A DNA stretch of 64,000 nt from Chloroflexota bacterium (lineage in GTDB: Bacteria > Bacillota > Sulfobacillia > JBFLWA01 > JBLNDB01). The notes below the pieces were generated by a model. That model was given only the letters and a program-made list of their open reading frames with translations. It did not search any database and was not told where the DNA came from. Made by a program: the position numbers and the translations under genes. The stretch lies in assembly GCA_050261235.1 (NCBI GenBank), contig JBLNDB010000024.1, forward strand, positions 4,189-68,188, given 5' to 3'. The stretch's first letter is position 1. Every line of letters begins with the position of its first letter. Of the stretch, positions 8,809 through 18,763 are shown in pieces.

Positions 8809-9836
8809 TCGCCGTCACCCCCGGCTTCGCTGGCCACCGCCGGCGTCAGCCCGAGCTCAGCAAGACAACGGGACAACTGACGGGGGCTGAGGGCCGCTGG
8901 ATAGTTGTACTCCTCGCTGCCCGGGCGCTCGTTGTAGTAAGGACGGTTGCAGCCGTCGCAGCCGCTGGTCCGGAAAGCCGCTCCGGGCTCGTCCGGCGCG
9001 AACGCGCGGTCGCGGACGGAGACGGGTTCGCCTGAGAGGAACGCGCGCAGCGTCGCCGGAGCGATGCCGAAGTCGACGATCGTCCCGTCCGCCGCGAAGG
9101 TCATGTCGGCGGCGGTGACAACACCGCGCCGGATGAGATAGTGTGCGGTCTGGATGCGCCGGTAGACCGGCATCGGCGGCGGGCTGCCCGCGGCCATGCG
9201 GGTGCCGCGCACCGGTGTGAACGCAAACAGGCCGATATTGACATCATGCTTCTGCAGTTCGCTCATCAGCCGCACCATCTCCGCCTCAGTCTCGCCGAGG
9301 CCGACGATCAGATGCGTGCCGACGCGCCCTGGGAGCAACTCGGCCGCTTTGACGAGGGCGCGCCAGGTCGGCTCCCAGGGCCGCCCCTTGATCTGCGCGT
9401 ACAGCTCCGGGGTGGCGGCATCAATGGGGATCGACACCCGGTCGACGCCCATCGCGGAGAGCTCGACCACGTCCTCCGGCCGCGCCAGGTGCACGGACAC
9501 CGACACCGGCAGGCCGCGGCCGCGGACGGCTTTGACCAAGCCGGCGACATCGTCGCGCCAGCCCTGACCCTGGACGACTTGGAGACAGACTCGCTCCAGT
9601 TCGCCGGTCTCGGCGGCGTGAGCGAGCCGCTCGGCAACATTGTCGACTTCATACTCGGGCCAGATGACGCGCGAGAGCGCGCCGCGTTGCGCGCTGGCGG
9701 AGCGCGCCTGCGTGCAGAAGGCGCAGTCATAGGCACAGCCCTCACCGGTCATCAGATAGGCGGTGGTCGGCGCGGCGGCGAGCTTGATCTCGTTGAGGCC
9801 GAGCACGGCCGCGGTGCCTGCGGAGACGCGCATCAT
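8805..9836 (-). CDS. Radical SAM protein, LipS2-type lipoyl synthase subunit
   Basis: RVSAGTA..LGL, PTTAYLM, CxxxCxxC (CAYDCAFC), THLIVGLGE, C-terminal TSGCDGCNRP; ATGA overlap with the upstream gene. Confidence 0.8.
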   Translation of the reverse strand: MMRVSAGTAAVLGLNEIKLAAAPTTAYLMTGEGCAYDCAFCTQARSASAQRGALSRVIWPEYEVDNVAERLAHAAETGELERVCLQVVQGQGWRDDVAGLVKAVRGRGLPVSVSVHLARPEDVVELSAMGVDRVSIPIDAATPELYAQIKGRPWEPTWRALVKAAELLPGRVGTHLIVGLGETEAEMVRLMSELQKHDVNIGLFAFTPVRGTRMAAGSPPPMPVYRRIQTAHYLIRRGVVTAADMTFAADGTIVDFGIAPATLRAFLSGEPVSVRDRAFAPDEPGAAFRTSGCDGCNRPYYNERPGSEEYNYPAALSPRQLSRCLAELGLTPAVASEAGGDGE

Positions 9837-10708
9837 AACGAACAGCACTCCCTTGTCGCGCGCACGGTGAGCCCGAGCGCTGCCGCAGCTTCAGCCGCGC
9901 CGCGGCTGGGCTGCACCAACCGCTGGATGCCGGCTCGCAGCGCCAGCTTGTCCGTCGCTGCGCGGTGCTCGCCGCCTGGCCGCATGCAGCCGAGATAGAG
10001 CGGCGTCTGCGGCATCAGGATGCGGGCCTCGGCAATGACGGCAGCCACTTCCTCCGGCGTTGGCGGCTCACGGTCGGCGTAGACGGTGCCCGGGGTCGGG
10101 CGAAAGACGATGAACGAAACAGCATCAGCGCCCAGCGCCGCCAGCCGCTCCACCGCCGCTCGTTCGCCGGCGATCTTGCCGCCCAGCAGGCCGATGCAGA
10201 TATGCGGCACGACGCGCGTGTGGCGCCGCAGATAGCCATAGGATCGCTCGTAGTCGCTGCCGTCGAACGGCAACCCGTACACTTCGCGGATTGTCTCGGC
10301 GTCGACGGTGAAATCGAAGGAGACGACGTCCGCCAGCCCTCCCAGCAGCCGGGCGTCGTGCTCGTCTACCAGGCCGGCGTGAAAGTTGAGTCTGGCGCCG
10401 CGCTCGCGCAGGTTGCGGAGTTCATCCGCATAGCCGCGAAACGGCACCTTGCCCTCGGCATCACAGCCGCCGCTGACGAGGAAGCTCGTCTTCTGCTTGG
10501 CCCCGACCTCACGCTCGGCCCGGCTGAGGTCGCCCATCGCCTTGAGGTAATGGCGGCCACAGTGGGCGCAGTTGAGCGCGCAGGCCTGGCCGGTGAGGCT
10601 GATCTCGCCGGTGTCGTGCGGCTGCGCGAACTCGACCACGGAGCCGAAATTGGCCCGCGCGATGTCCGTCGCCGCAGCGAGATCAGCCTCAAGGTTCAGG
10701 CGCATCAC
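9833..10708 (-). CDS. Radical SAM protein, LipS1-type lipoyl synthase subunit
   Basis: ISLTGQACALNCAHC, SGGCD, VVPHICIGL, LGCMRP and terminal ECC. Confidence 0.8.
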   Translation of the reverse strand: MMRLNLEADLAAATDIARANFGSVVEFAQPHDTGEISLTGQACALNCAHCGRHYLKAMGDLSRAEREVGAKQKTSFLVSGGCDAEGKVPFRGYADELRNLRERGARLNFHAGLVDEHDARLLGGLADVVSFDFTVDAETIREVYGLPFDGSDYERSYGYLRRHTRVVPHICIGLLGGKIAGERAAVERLAALGADAVSFIVFRPTPGTVYADREPPTPEEVAAVIAEARILMPQTPLYLGCMRPGGEHRAATDKLALRAGIQRLVQPSRGAAEAAAALGLTVRATRECCSL

Positions 10709-10710
10709 TG

Positions 10711-12174
10711 CTACTCAGCCTTCGGCTGCCAGCGGAGTACCGGCTGCCTGGCCGCGCGCGACTCATCGAGTCGCCCGACGACCGTGTTGTGAGGCGCAGT
10801 CTTGACCTTGTCCGGGTCCGTCATCGCTTCGTCGGCGATGGCGTTCATCGCCTCGACGAAGACATCGAGCGTCTCGCGGGACTCGGTCTCGGTCGGTTCG
10901 ATCATCAGACACTCGTCAACGATCAGCGGGAAGTAGATCGTCGGCGGATGATAGCCGAAGTCCAGCAACCGCTTGGCGATGTCGAGCGTCTTGACGCCGG
11001 TCGCCTTCTTCTGCCAGTCCGCCGACAGGACGAACTCATGCTTGCAAAGGCGATCGATGACGAGGTGGTACTTCTCCTTCAGGCGCGCCGCGAGGTAGTT
11101 GGCGTTGAGAACCGCGTCCTCGCTGGCGTGCCTGAGACCGTCGGGACCCATCTCGCGGATGTAGGCATAGGCCTTGACCACGACGTCGAAGTTGGAGTAG
11201 AACGACTTGACCCGACCGATGGTGTCAGGTCGGTCGTAGTCGAGATAGTAGCGGCCGTTCTCCTCACAGACGACCGGCACCGGCAGGAACGGCGCGAGGG
11301 CCTGCTTGCAGCCCACCGGACCGCTGCCCGGGCCGCCGCCGCCGTGCGGCGTGGCGAAGGTCTTGTGGAGGTTGAAGTGCACGACGTCGAAGCCAGCGTC
11401 GCCAGGTCGGGCAATGCCCATGATGGCGTTGGCGTTGGCGCCGTCGTAGTACAGGAGACCGCCGGCCTCATGGACGAGCGCCGCGATGACGTGGATGTTC
11501 TCGTCGAACAGGCCGAGCGTGTTCGGGTTGGTCAGCATAAGGCAGGCGACTTCGTCGCTGAGGGCCGCCTTCAGGGCCTCGATGTCGACGCCGCCGCGCT
11601 CGTTCGACTTGACCTGGACGATCTCCAGCCCGTTGACCGCCGCCGACGCCGGGTTGGTGCCATGGGCCGAGTCAGGGACGATGACCTTGGTCCGCTTGGC
11701 GTCGCCGCGCTTCAGGTGATAGGCGCGGATCAGCATCAGACCGGTCAGTTCGCCGTGAGCGCCGGCCGCCGGCTGGAGCGTGATCGCATCCATGCCGCCG
11801 ATTTCGGCCAGGTACTGCTGCATCTCGTACATCAGCTGCAGCGCACCCTGGGACGCCTCCTCCGGCGCCAGCGGGTGGATGTTCGCGAACCCGCCGAGCC
11901 GGGAGACGTCTTCATTGATCTTCGGGTTGTACTTCATCGTGCAGGAGCCGAGCGGGTAGAAGCCGGTGTCCACTCCATGGTTCAGCGCCGAAAGGTTGGT
12001 GAAGTGACGTATGACGTCGACCTCACTGACCTCAGGCAGAGCCGGGGCCTGGTCGCGCAGGAACTGCGCCGGGATGCACTCGCTGGCGCAGCCGGGGACG
12101 TCCTTCTCAGGCAGCGAGTAGGCTTCCCGACCGGGGGAGGACAGTTCGAAGATGATCGGCTGTAGTTGTTTCAT
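10711..12174 (-). CDS. gcvPB: Glycine dehydrogenase (decarboxylating) subunit 2
   Basis: [46 protein letters not shown]; TGATG coupling to gcvPA. Confidence 0.97.
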   Translation of the reverse strand: MKQLQPIIFELSSPGREAYSLPEKDVPGCASECIPAQFLRDQAPALPEVSEVDVIRHFTNLSALNHGVDTGFYPLGSCTMKYNPKINEDVSRLGGFANIHPLAPEEASQGALQLMYEMQQYLAEIGGMDAITLQPAAGAHGELTGLMLIRAYHLKRGDAKRTKVIVPDSAHGTNPASAAVNGLEIVQVKSNERGGVDIEALKAALSDEVACLMLTNPNTLGLFDENIHVIAALVHEAGGLLYYDGANANAIMGIARPGDAGFDVVHFNLHKTFATPHGGGGPGSGPVGCKQALAPFLPVPVVCEENGRYYLDYDRPDTIGRVKSFYSNFDVVVKAYAYIREMGPDGLRHASEDAVLNANYLAARLKEKYHLVIDRLCKHEFVLSADWQKKATGVKTLDIAKRLLDFGYHPPTIYFPLIVDECLMIEPTETESRETLDVFVEAMNAIADEAMTDPDKVKTAPHNTVVGRLDESRAARQPVLRWQPKAE

Positions 12175-13508
12175 CAGCGCACCTCCTCCAGCGCCGCCAC
12201 AAGGGCGTCGATTTCCCCGCGACTTCTCTTTTCGGTAACGGCGAACAGCAGATGGTTCTTGAGTTCGGGATACCAGCGACCGAGGTCGGTACCGCCAAGC
12301 ATCTTCTTGCTCAGCAGATGCTTCTGGACGACATCGCCGTTGACCGGCGCCTTGACCACGAACTCCTTGAAGAACGGCGCGGTGAACGCGGCGCTCCACC
12401 CGTCGATGTTGGCGATCCGCTCGCGGGCGTAGTGGGCCTTGGCAGCGCTGAGTTCAGCGACTTCCTTCATGCCCTTCCTGCCCATCGTGCTCATGTAGAC
12501 GAGCGCGGCGAGCGCGCACAGGGCTTCGTTGCTGCAGATGTTGGACGTCGCCTTCTCGCGGCGGATGTGCTGCTCGCGGGTCTGGAGGGTGAGCACGAAG
12601 CCGCGCTGGCCGCGGTTGTCGACAGTCTCACCGACCAGGCGGCCGGGCATGCGCCGGACGAGCGCCGTCTTGGTCGCGAAGAAGCCGAGGTACGGGCCGC
12701 CGAACGCCATCGGGTTGCCGAGCGCCTGGCCCTCGCCGCAGACGATGTCCGCGCCGTAGTGGCCGGGAGCCTTGAGCAGGCCGAGCGAAATCGGGTCGAC
12801 GACGGCGACGAACAGCGCACCGTGCGCGTGCGCCAGCTCGGCGAACTTCGCCATGTCCTCGATGTTGCCGAAGAAGTTCGGGCTCTGGACGATGACGCAG
12901 GTCGTGTCGTCGTCGATCTGCTCGCCAAGCGAGGCGCCACAGGTCAGTCCGTCGTGCACGTCGGCCTCGACGACTGCGAGGCCAAGACCGGCAACGTAGG
13001 TCCTGACGGTCTGGCGGTAATCGGGGTGGACGCTGCGGGCCATCACGACACGCTTCTTGTTGTTGGTCGCGTGGGCCATCATGACCGCCTCGGCGACCGC
13101 GGTCGCGCCGTCGTAGACGGACGCGTTGGCGACATCCATGCCGGTCAGTTCGCAGATGGCCGTCTGATACTCGAAGATGGCCTGGAGCGTGCCCTGGCTG
13201 ATCTCAGGCTGGTACGGAGTATAGGCCGTGTAGAACTCGGAACGGCTGATGACGTGATCGACGACCGCCGGAATGTAGTGGTCGTAAGCGCCGCCACCAA
13301 GGAAGCAGGTGTAGGCGTCGGCGTTCTTGCTGGCCAGCCGCTTCATGTGAGCGGCCAACTCGGGCTCGGAGAGGGCCTTGGGAATGTTCAGCTGCCCCTT
13401 GAAGCGGACCTGCGCCGGGACGTCGGCGAACAGATCAGCCACCGAGCCGACGCCGATCGCGCGGAGCATCTGCTCGCGGTCGCGATCAGTATTCGGCAGA
13501 TACTTCAT
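12174..13508 (-). CDS. gcvPA: Glycine dehydrogenase (decarboxylating) subunit 1
   Basis: [40 protein letters not shown]. Confidence 0.97.
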   Translation of the reverse strand: MKYLPNTDRDREQMLRAIGVGSVADLFADVPAQVRFKGQLNIPKALSEPELAAHMKRLASKNADAYTCFLGGGAYDHYIPAVVDHVISRSEFYTAYTPYQPEISQGTLQAIFEYQTAICELTGMDVANASVYDGATAVAEAVMMAHATNNKKRVVMARSVHPDYRQTVRTYVAGLGLAVVEADVHDGLTCGASLGEQIDDDTTCVIVQSPNFFGNIEDMAKFAELAHAHGALFVAVVDPISLGLLKAPGHYGADIVCGEGQALGNPMAFGGPYLGFFATKTALVRRMPGRLVGETVDNRGQRGFVLTLQTREQHIRREKATSNICSNEALCALAALVYMSTMGRKGMKEVAELSAAKAHYARERIANIDGWSAAFTAPFFKEFVVKAPVNGDVVQKHLLSKKMLGGTDLGRWYPELKNHLLFAVTEKRSRGEIDALVAALEEVR

Positions 13509-13510
13509 GC

Positions 13511-13900
13511 TCAGTGTCCGCCCTCTTCCGCGAGATGCTTCTCATAGGCCGCAGCGTCGAGCAGGTCGTTCAGGTCTGCCGGGTCGCTGAGCTCGATCTC
13601 GATGATCCAGCCGTCGCCCATCGCATCAGCGTTGATCAGAGCCGGTTCGCCGTTCAGACGATCGTTGACGCGGGTCACGGTACCGCCGGCCGGCGCATAG
13701 ATGTCAGAAACCGACTTGACCGACTCGACGACGCCGAATGCCTCGCCCTTGGCGAGCTTGCGGCCGACGGCCGGGAGTTCGACGAAGACGACGTCTCCAA
13801 GGTGCTCCTGGGCGAACGACGTGATGCCGATCAGCGCCTTGTTACCCTCGACTTTGATCCACTCATGGGACTTGGCGTACTTGCGATCTACCGGGTGCAT
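13511..13900 (-). CDS. gcvH: Glycine cleavage system H protein
   Basis: HEWI, LGDVVFVELP, lipoyl motif VESVKSVSDIYAP. Confidence 0.97.
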   Translation of the reverse strand: MHPVDRKYAKSHEWIKVEGNKALIGITSFAQEHLGDVVFVELPAVGRKLAKGEAFGVVESVKSVSDIYAPAGGTVTRVNDRLNGEPALINADAMGDGWIIEIELSDPADLNDLLDAAAYEKHLAEEGGH

Positions 13901-13933
13901 GAAGATCCCTCCTCGGAGAGTTTGGGGAGCGTC

Positions 13934-15043
13934 CTATTTTTCCCGTTTGTAGAAGGGCGTCTTTCGCACGCGGGCCTTGAGATTGTGACCGCGGACGCCA
14001 ATCTCGATCTCGGTGCCGATCTTGGTGTACTCGGGAGGCACGAAGCCCATGCCGATGTTGATGCCAAGCGTCGGCGAGAAACTGCCGCTGGTGACGACGC
14101 CGACCTCGCGACCCTCGACGAAGATCGGGTAACCGTGGCGCGGGATGCCGCGATCGATCATCTCAAAGCCGATGAGGCGCTTCTTGAGGCCGTGCTCCTT
14201 CTGCTCGAGCAGCGCTTCGCGGCCGAGGAAGCCGGGCTTGTCGAGATCGACATAGCGTCCGAGCGCCGCCTCGAGCGGCGACGTCTCAGCATCCAGTTCC
14301 TGACCATAGAGCGGCATCTTGGCCTCGAATCGGAGCGAGTCGCGGGCGCCAAGACCGCACGGCAGAATGCCGTACTCCTTGCCAGCCTCCATCAGCGCCT
14401 CCCAGAGCGCCGGGCCTTGAGCGGACGCGCAGAGGATCTCGAATCCGTCCTCCCCCGTGTAGCCGGTCCGAGAGACGACGCAGGTGATTCCGTTGACGTC
14501 GACGTCGGTGGCCACATGATAGTAGCGCAGTTCCGCGAGATTGGCGCCGGTCAGCTTCTGAAGCGTCATCTCGGCCAGCGGTCCCTGAAGGGCCAGCTCC
14601 GCATAGTCAGCCGACACGTTCTTGACGTCGACGCTGAACCCGGCAGTGTGCTGCTTCAGCCAGTCGAAGTCCTTGTCGGTGTTGGATGCGTTGACGACGA
14701 GTAGGTAGTCGCCGTCGGCGAGCTTGTTGACCATCAGGTCGTCGACCGTGCCCCCGCTCGGATAGAGCAGATGCGTGTAGTAGATCTGCCCGTCGACCAT
14801 CGGCGCCAGGTCGCGGGAGCACATCTTTTGCAGATATGCCAGCGCATCGGGGCCCTTGACGGTAATCTCGCCCATGTGCGAGACATCGAACAGGCCGACG
14901 CGCTCGCGCACTGCCTTGTGCTCCTCGAGGATGCTCGAGTACTGCACCGGCAGAGCCCAGCCGCCGAAGTCGACGATGCGACCACCGTAGCGCACGTGGA
15001 CATCGTACAGGGGGGTCTTCTTCAGCTCATTGTGATTGTCCAT
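13934..15043 (-). CDS. gcvT: Glycine cleavage system aminomethyltransferase T
   Basis: [43 protein letters not shown]. Confidence 0.97.
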   Translation of the reverse strand: MDNHNELKKTPLYDVHVRYGGRIVDFGGWALPVQYSSILEEHKAVRERVGLFDVSHMGEITVKGPDALAYLQKMCSRDLAPMVDGQIYYTHLLYPSGGTVDDLMVNKLADGDYLLVVNASNTDKDFDWLKQHTAGFSVDVKNVSADYAELALQGPLAEMTLQKLTGANLAELRYYHVATDVDVNGITCVVSRTGYTGEDGFEILCASAQGPALWEALMEAGKEYGILPCGLGARDSLRFEAKMPLYGQELDAETSPLEAALGRYVDLDKPGFLGREALLEQKEHGLKKRLIGFEMIDRGIPRHGYPIFVEGREVGVVTSGSFSPTLGINIGMGFVPPEYTKIGTEIEIGVRGHNLKARVRKTPFYKREK

Positions 15044-15139
15044 ACTATCACCTCCTCTCTAGACTAGTGCAGCAGCCAGACTCGCATGCGCTCCTGGGAG
15101 CACATAGCCGAGTTGGCTGCTGTAAAGCGTGCAACGGCG

Positions 15140-15415
15140 GAAAACAAAACAGAGGGAAACAAGCCGAATCAAATCGGCTGTCCCCCTCTGTCCGTTTACC
15201 TGAGAGAATTCCCCTTGCGGGGATACCCCTTGGGTGTCAGTGCCGGCATGCCGCGCGACAGTCTGCTGCGCAGCGGGCAGGCCCGAACTCTCCAGAGTCC
15301 CATCGGACAACGGTGCCTTTTGCCTGAGAGTTTCAGCCCCGCCGGGCCTTGCTCCTTCGGCGCTCCGCGAACTGGCGCACGTCATGTTTGACGCGGAATC
15401 TCTCCCGTTATCTTC
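15140..15415 (-). ncRNA. Tandem glycine riboswitch with terminator
   Basis: Minus strand aptamer 1 GGGAGAG...CGCCGAAGGAGCAA...AAACTCTCAGGCAAAAGG; aptamer 2 CTCTGGAGAG...CACCCAAGGGG...CTCTCAGGTAAACGGACAGAG; terminator ending CCCTCTGTTTTGTTTT; upstream of gcvT. Confidence 0.93.
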
Positions 15416-15493
15416 ATCTGGCGATATTCAGTTCAGATTCATGATAGCACGGACGCTGGCGTCCGCGCAAGACAATCTGTGACAGTCTTTCCT

Positions 15494-16258
15494 CTACGTG
15501 ACCGGCAGATAGAGGATCGCGGCGCGCAGCACCAGGTTCGGCAGGCCGGGAGCCGGCGGGTTGGATGCATAGTTGACGCTGCCGATGACGCGGGCGGCGA
15601 ACTGACCGGCGTGCGGCAGGCCGTCACGGGCGGCCTCCGGGAAGTAGATGAGCGGCGGTAGCGGGCCGGCGGTGCACGTGTAGACGAGGAAATCGCTCGC
15701 GCCAAACCGACCGGTGATGGTCGGCTTCTGCTCAAAGACGTGCGTCTGCAGCAGGCGGTCGATGTCAGGGTTGAGGCGGCGGGCTTCTGCGACGTACTTG
15801 TCATCGGTCGGATCCGACTGCCCGACTGCCCGCCGGAGGAACATGCCCTCACTCAGGCGGCGCTCCAGTTCGAACTCCGGCAGTCGCAGGAGAACCGCGA
15901 GTTCGGCCGCGGTGTCGCTGGACAGCAGCCCGGAATCGAGGAGGAAGCGCCAGCGGCAGCGGTAGACCGCCGGCGTGTTGAACACCGGGCTGAGGTGGGA
16001 CTCGAGCATGGCGACAAACGGTTTGAGCGGACGGCGACGATCGACACGCGAGAGAAGCTCATTGCGGCTCAGGGCCTTGAGGGCCTCGCCCAGGTCAGCT
16101 TCACGCCCGAAGTCGAGCGGCAGGTGGAGTCTGACTTCACTGCGGTTGAGTTCGTCACGCCACTTGCGCAACTGTCCCCTTGTTGCGGCGGCGATCTTGT
16201 CGACTTCTTGTGCGTCTGACCAGACGACAGCCCAGTTCACGGTGCGCATGCTGCTCAC
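15494..16258 (-). CDS. Hypothetical protein
   Basis: 254-aa ORF with protein-like composition and a GAGGTG RBS-like site at the start; no motif recognised. Confidence 0.6.
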   Translation of the reverse strand: MSSMRTVNWAVVWSDAQEVDKIAAATRGQLRKWRDELNRSEVRLHLPLDFGREADLGEALKALSRNELLSRVDRRRPLKPFVAMLESHLSPVFNTPAVYRCRWRFLLDSGLLSSDTAAELAVLLRLPEFELERRLSEGMFLRRAVGQSDPTDDKYVAEARRLNPDIDRLLQTHVFEQKPTITGRFGASDFLVYTCTAGPLPPLIYFPEAARDGLPHAGQFAARVIGSVNYASNPPAPGLPNLVLRAAILYLPVT

Positions 16259-16360
16259 CTCACTGGTAGAAGTCGATGCGGAACATTACCCCCCGATTTG
16301 AGGTTCGCCGTCTGGCGAGTAATTCCTGCCAAGACTTCCAGAAACCTGCTTGCCAGACAA

Positions 16361-16390
16361 CGAAGGCTCGTCTATGTAGACGAGCCTTCG
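16361..16390 (-). terminator. Hairpin terminator after the EamA gene
   Basis: Perfect 14-bp stem CGAAGGCTCGTCTA-tg-TAGACGAGCCTTCG. Confidence 0.7.
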
Positions 16391-16403
16391 GGGATGGAGT
16401 TCC

Positions 16404-17309
16404 TCAGACTTGCCGTTGGCCACCCCGCGCCCGGTTCGCGGTGACAATCGCGACGCCCGCGATGATCGCGGCGCCGCCGACGATCAGGGACAGCGTCGGC
16501 TGTTCATGGAGCAGCGCCCAGGCGACGATGATCGAGACGAGCGGCTGGAAGTATTGGAACACCGCCACGCGCGACGCCTCGAGGTGCTTCAGGGCGAAGT
16601 ACCAGACACTGTAGCAGAGAACGGACGAGATGGCGCCGAGGTAGATGACCGCGCCCCAGGTCGCAGGGGCGAAGCGCCAGCTGGACGGGAAGGCTCCCAG
16701 GACCAGCGACAGCGGAATGAGCATGGCCGTGCCGGTGACCGCGATGCAGGCTGTGAGGAACAGCGGCTGGTAGCGACTGACGACGCGGCGGCCGACGACC
16801 GTGTAGGTCGCCCACTCGAGCGTGTTGACGAGAATCAGGCCCGAGCCGATGAGATCGTTGCGCGAGGTGCCGAATCCGAAGCGCCCGTGGGTGGCGACGA
16901 TTGCCGCTCCGGCGCAGCCGACGACGATGCCCAGCAACGCCCGCGCGTTGAGCCGCTCACCGAGGAAGAAGTGACCGAACAGGGCCACCCAGACCGGCGA
17001 CAGCGACACCAGCACCGACGAGTTGCTTGGTCCGGTCAGACCGACACCGGCGAACTGAATGTAGAAGTACGTCGTGATGCCGAGGAATGCCAGCAGTGCG
17101 ACGGTGGGCAGGTCGCGCAGGGCGAGGCGCTGCCCCTTGATCAGGAGCACGATGAGGATCGGCAGGAAGACGGCGGTCGCCGTCACGAAGCGGGCTGTCG
17201 CCAACTGAAATGGCGTCAGCTCATTGAGTCCGATGCGGGCCGCGACGAATGTGCCACCCCAGATGATGACGGCAGTGACAGCTGCGATGTAGGGCAGGTT
17301 TCGCTTCAT
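16404..17309 (-). CDS. DMT/EamA family transporter
   Basis: About 10 TM segments, IWGGTF, LGERL, duplicated EamA halves. Confidence 0.92.
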   Translation of the reverse strand: MKRNLPYIAAVTAVIIWGGTFVAARIGLNELTPFQLATARFVTATAVFLPILIVLLIKGQRLALRDLPTVALLAFLGITTYFYIQFAGVGLTGPSNSSVLVSLSPVWVALFGHFFLGERLNARALLGIVVGCAGAAIVATHGRFGFGTSRNDLIGSGLILVNTLEWATYTVVGRRVVSRYQPLFLTACIAVTGTAMLIPLSLVLGAFPSSWRFAPATWGAVIYLGAISSVLCYSVWYFALKHLEASRVAVFQYFQPLVSIIVAWALLHEQPTLSLIVGGAAIIAGVAIVTANRARGGQRQV

Positions 17310-17321
17310 GGGTGACGGCCT

Positions 17322-18566
17322 CTAGAACACCGTCAGACAGGTCGGCTTCTCCGCCGCGAACAGCTTTGTGAGAGATGGCAGGTCGGCAGCGCTCATCTTG
17401 GCCCGGCCGTACCGATACAGGGCGTTGATGGTGACGCTGCCCATGAACAGGGACGACAATTCGGCGATGTCGATCGTCAGCTCGATGCCCTTAAGCGGCG
17501 TGTCGCTGAGGCTGGCGATGCCGTCGCGGAAGCGGATGTAGTGAGTGCCGGCGTTGCCAGGCCGGAAGCTGTCCTCGACGTGCAGGACGAGGTCGAGCGT
17601 CTGATAGTTCATGCACCGACTGGTCGCGGTCGCCTTGAGGAACTCACGCAAATTGATGATGCGGTACATGAGACCGACACCGGCAGTGTTGCTCTGGTGA
17701 TAGACGGAGGGGATCAGGTTGTCGCTGCCATCGCGGACATCGTCGAGCAGGAAGTGGAACCCCTCGTCCTGAGTGTTGAACTGGATGCGGTGGATCTGGT
17801 CGGCCTGGGACCGCAGGAAGCCGCAGAAGCGCAGCAGCGTCTCAGGACCGTCACAGACCCAGTCACGGATCATCATGTCGTTCTTGACGAAGCTGCTGTC
17901 ATACCGCTTGAAGCCGTAGGTCATATAGCCGCGCAGCACGCCGTTCTCTTTGTAGCCGACGATCGTCTTGCGCGGCGGGAAATTCATGAACGTGCCGATC
18001 CGCTCAGCAGTGTGCATCTTGATGTGACCGTGGCGCGCCGCTGCCACCCGGTTGCGGAGATCCTGCAGGAACTGGGCGTCGTCCTCGGTCAGGTAGACGA
18101 TTCCGTGTGCGCCGTCGTACTTCGGCAGGCTAGCGGGCGCGAACGAGTAGTGCTCCTGCTTCGTGCCGTAGCCGAATCCCATCTTGTGGTAGAAGTCGGG
18201 CCGGAACGGATAGAGCAGGGCCATGTGGGCGCCGGCCCGTTCGTAGTAGTCGAGGAAGAAGGTGATCAGGTCCTTGGCGATGCCCTGCTTCTTGTGGAGG
18301 TAGTCGACCCACACGCTGCCGACGCCGCCGGCCTTGATGAACTTGCCATAGTAGTTCATCTCGAAGTCGAGCAGCCGCATGCCGCCAACCAGCTGCCCAT
18401 CCTCGTAAACGCTCCAGAAGTGATTCGCCGGGTCATGCGAGACCTCGAAGTACTGCTTGGCAACAGTGTCAGGCTGGGCCTGCGAGCCGGGGTAGGCATT
18501 GAGGTACGGGACCGCGAACTCCTTGAACTCCTGCTCAGTGGTGATCCGTCTGATGTCGCGCGCCAA
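17322..18566 (-). CDS. Eis-like GNAT acetyltransferase with C-terminal SCP2-like domain
   Basis: GGVGSVWVDYLHKKQGIA, LYPF...FYHKMGFG, MYRIINL, LTIDIAELSSLFMG; TTG start at 18566. Confidence 0.85.
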   Translation of the reverse strand: MARDIRRITTEQEFKEFAVPYLNAYPGSQAQPDTVAKQYFEVSHDPANHFWSVYEDGQLVGGMRLLDFEMNYYGKFIKAGGVGSVWVDYLHKKQGIAKDLITFFLDYYERAGAHMALLYPFRPDFYHKMGFGYGTKQEHYSFAPASLPKYDGAHGIVYLTEDDAQFLQDLRNRVAAARHGHIKMHTAERIGTFMNFPPRKTIVGYKENGVLRGYMTYGFKRYDSSFVKNDMMIRDWVCDGPETLLRFCGFLRSQADQIHRIQFNTQDEGFHFLLDDVRDGSDNLIPSVYHQSNTAGVGLMYRIINLREFLKATATSRCMNYQTLDLVLHVEDSFRPGNAGTHYIRFRDGIASLSDTPLKGIELTIDIAELSSLFMGSVTINALYRYGRAKMSAADLPSLTKLFAAEKPTCLTVF

Positions 18567-18763
18567 CTGATTCCCGCCTTTCATGCATATCGTGTGAGCG
18601 TTGTGGGTGGTGAGACGATCCTCAGCCCATATTCGCCTACTACGCTGCCGGCCCCTGCCTTGTTCCACCCCAACCTGATATTGGGGCTATACGATGAGCC
18701 GCGAAGGGATGACCGGCCGGGCGGAGAATAGCTCCGATACGACCACGAAGGAGGGATCCTCCA

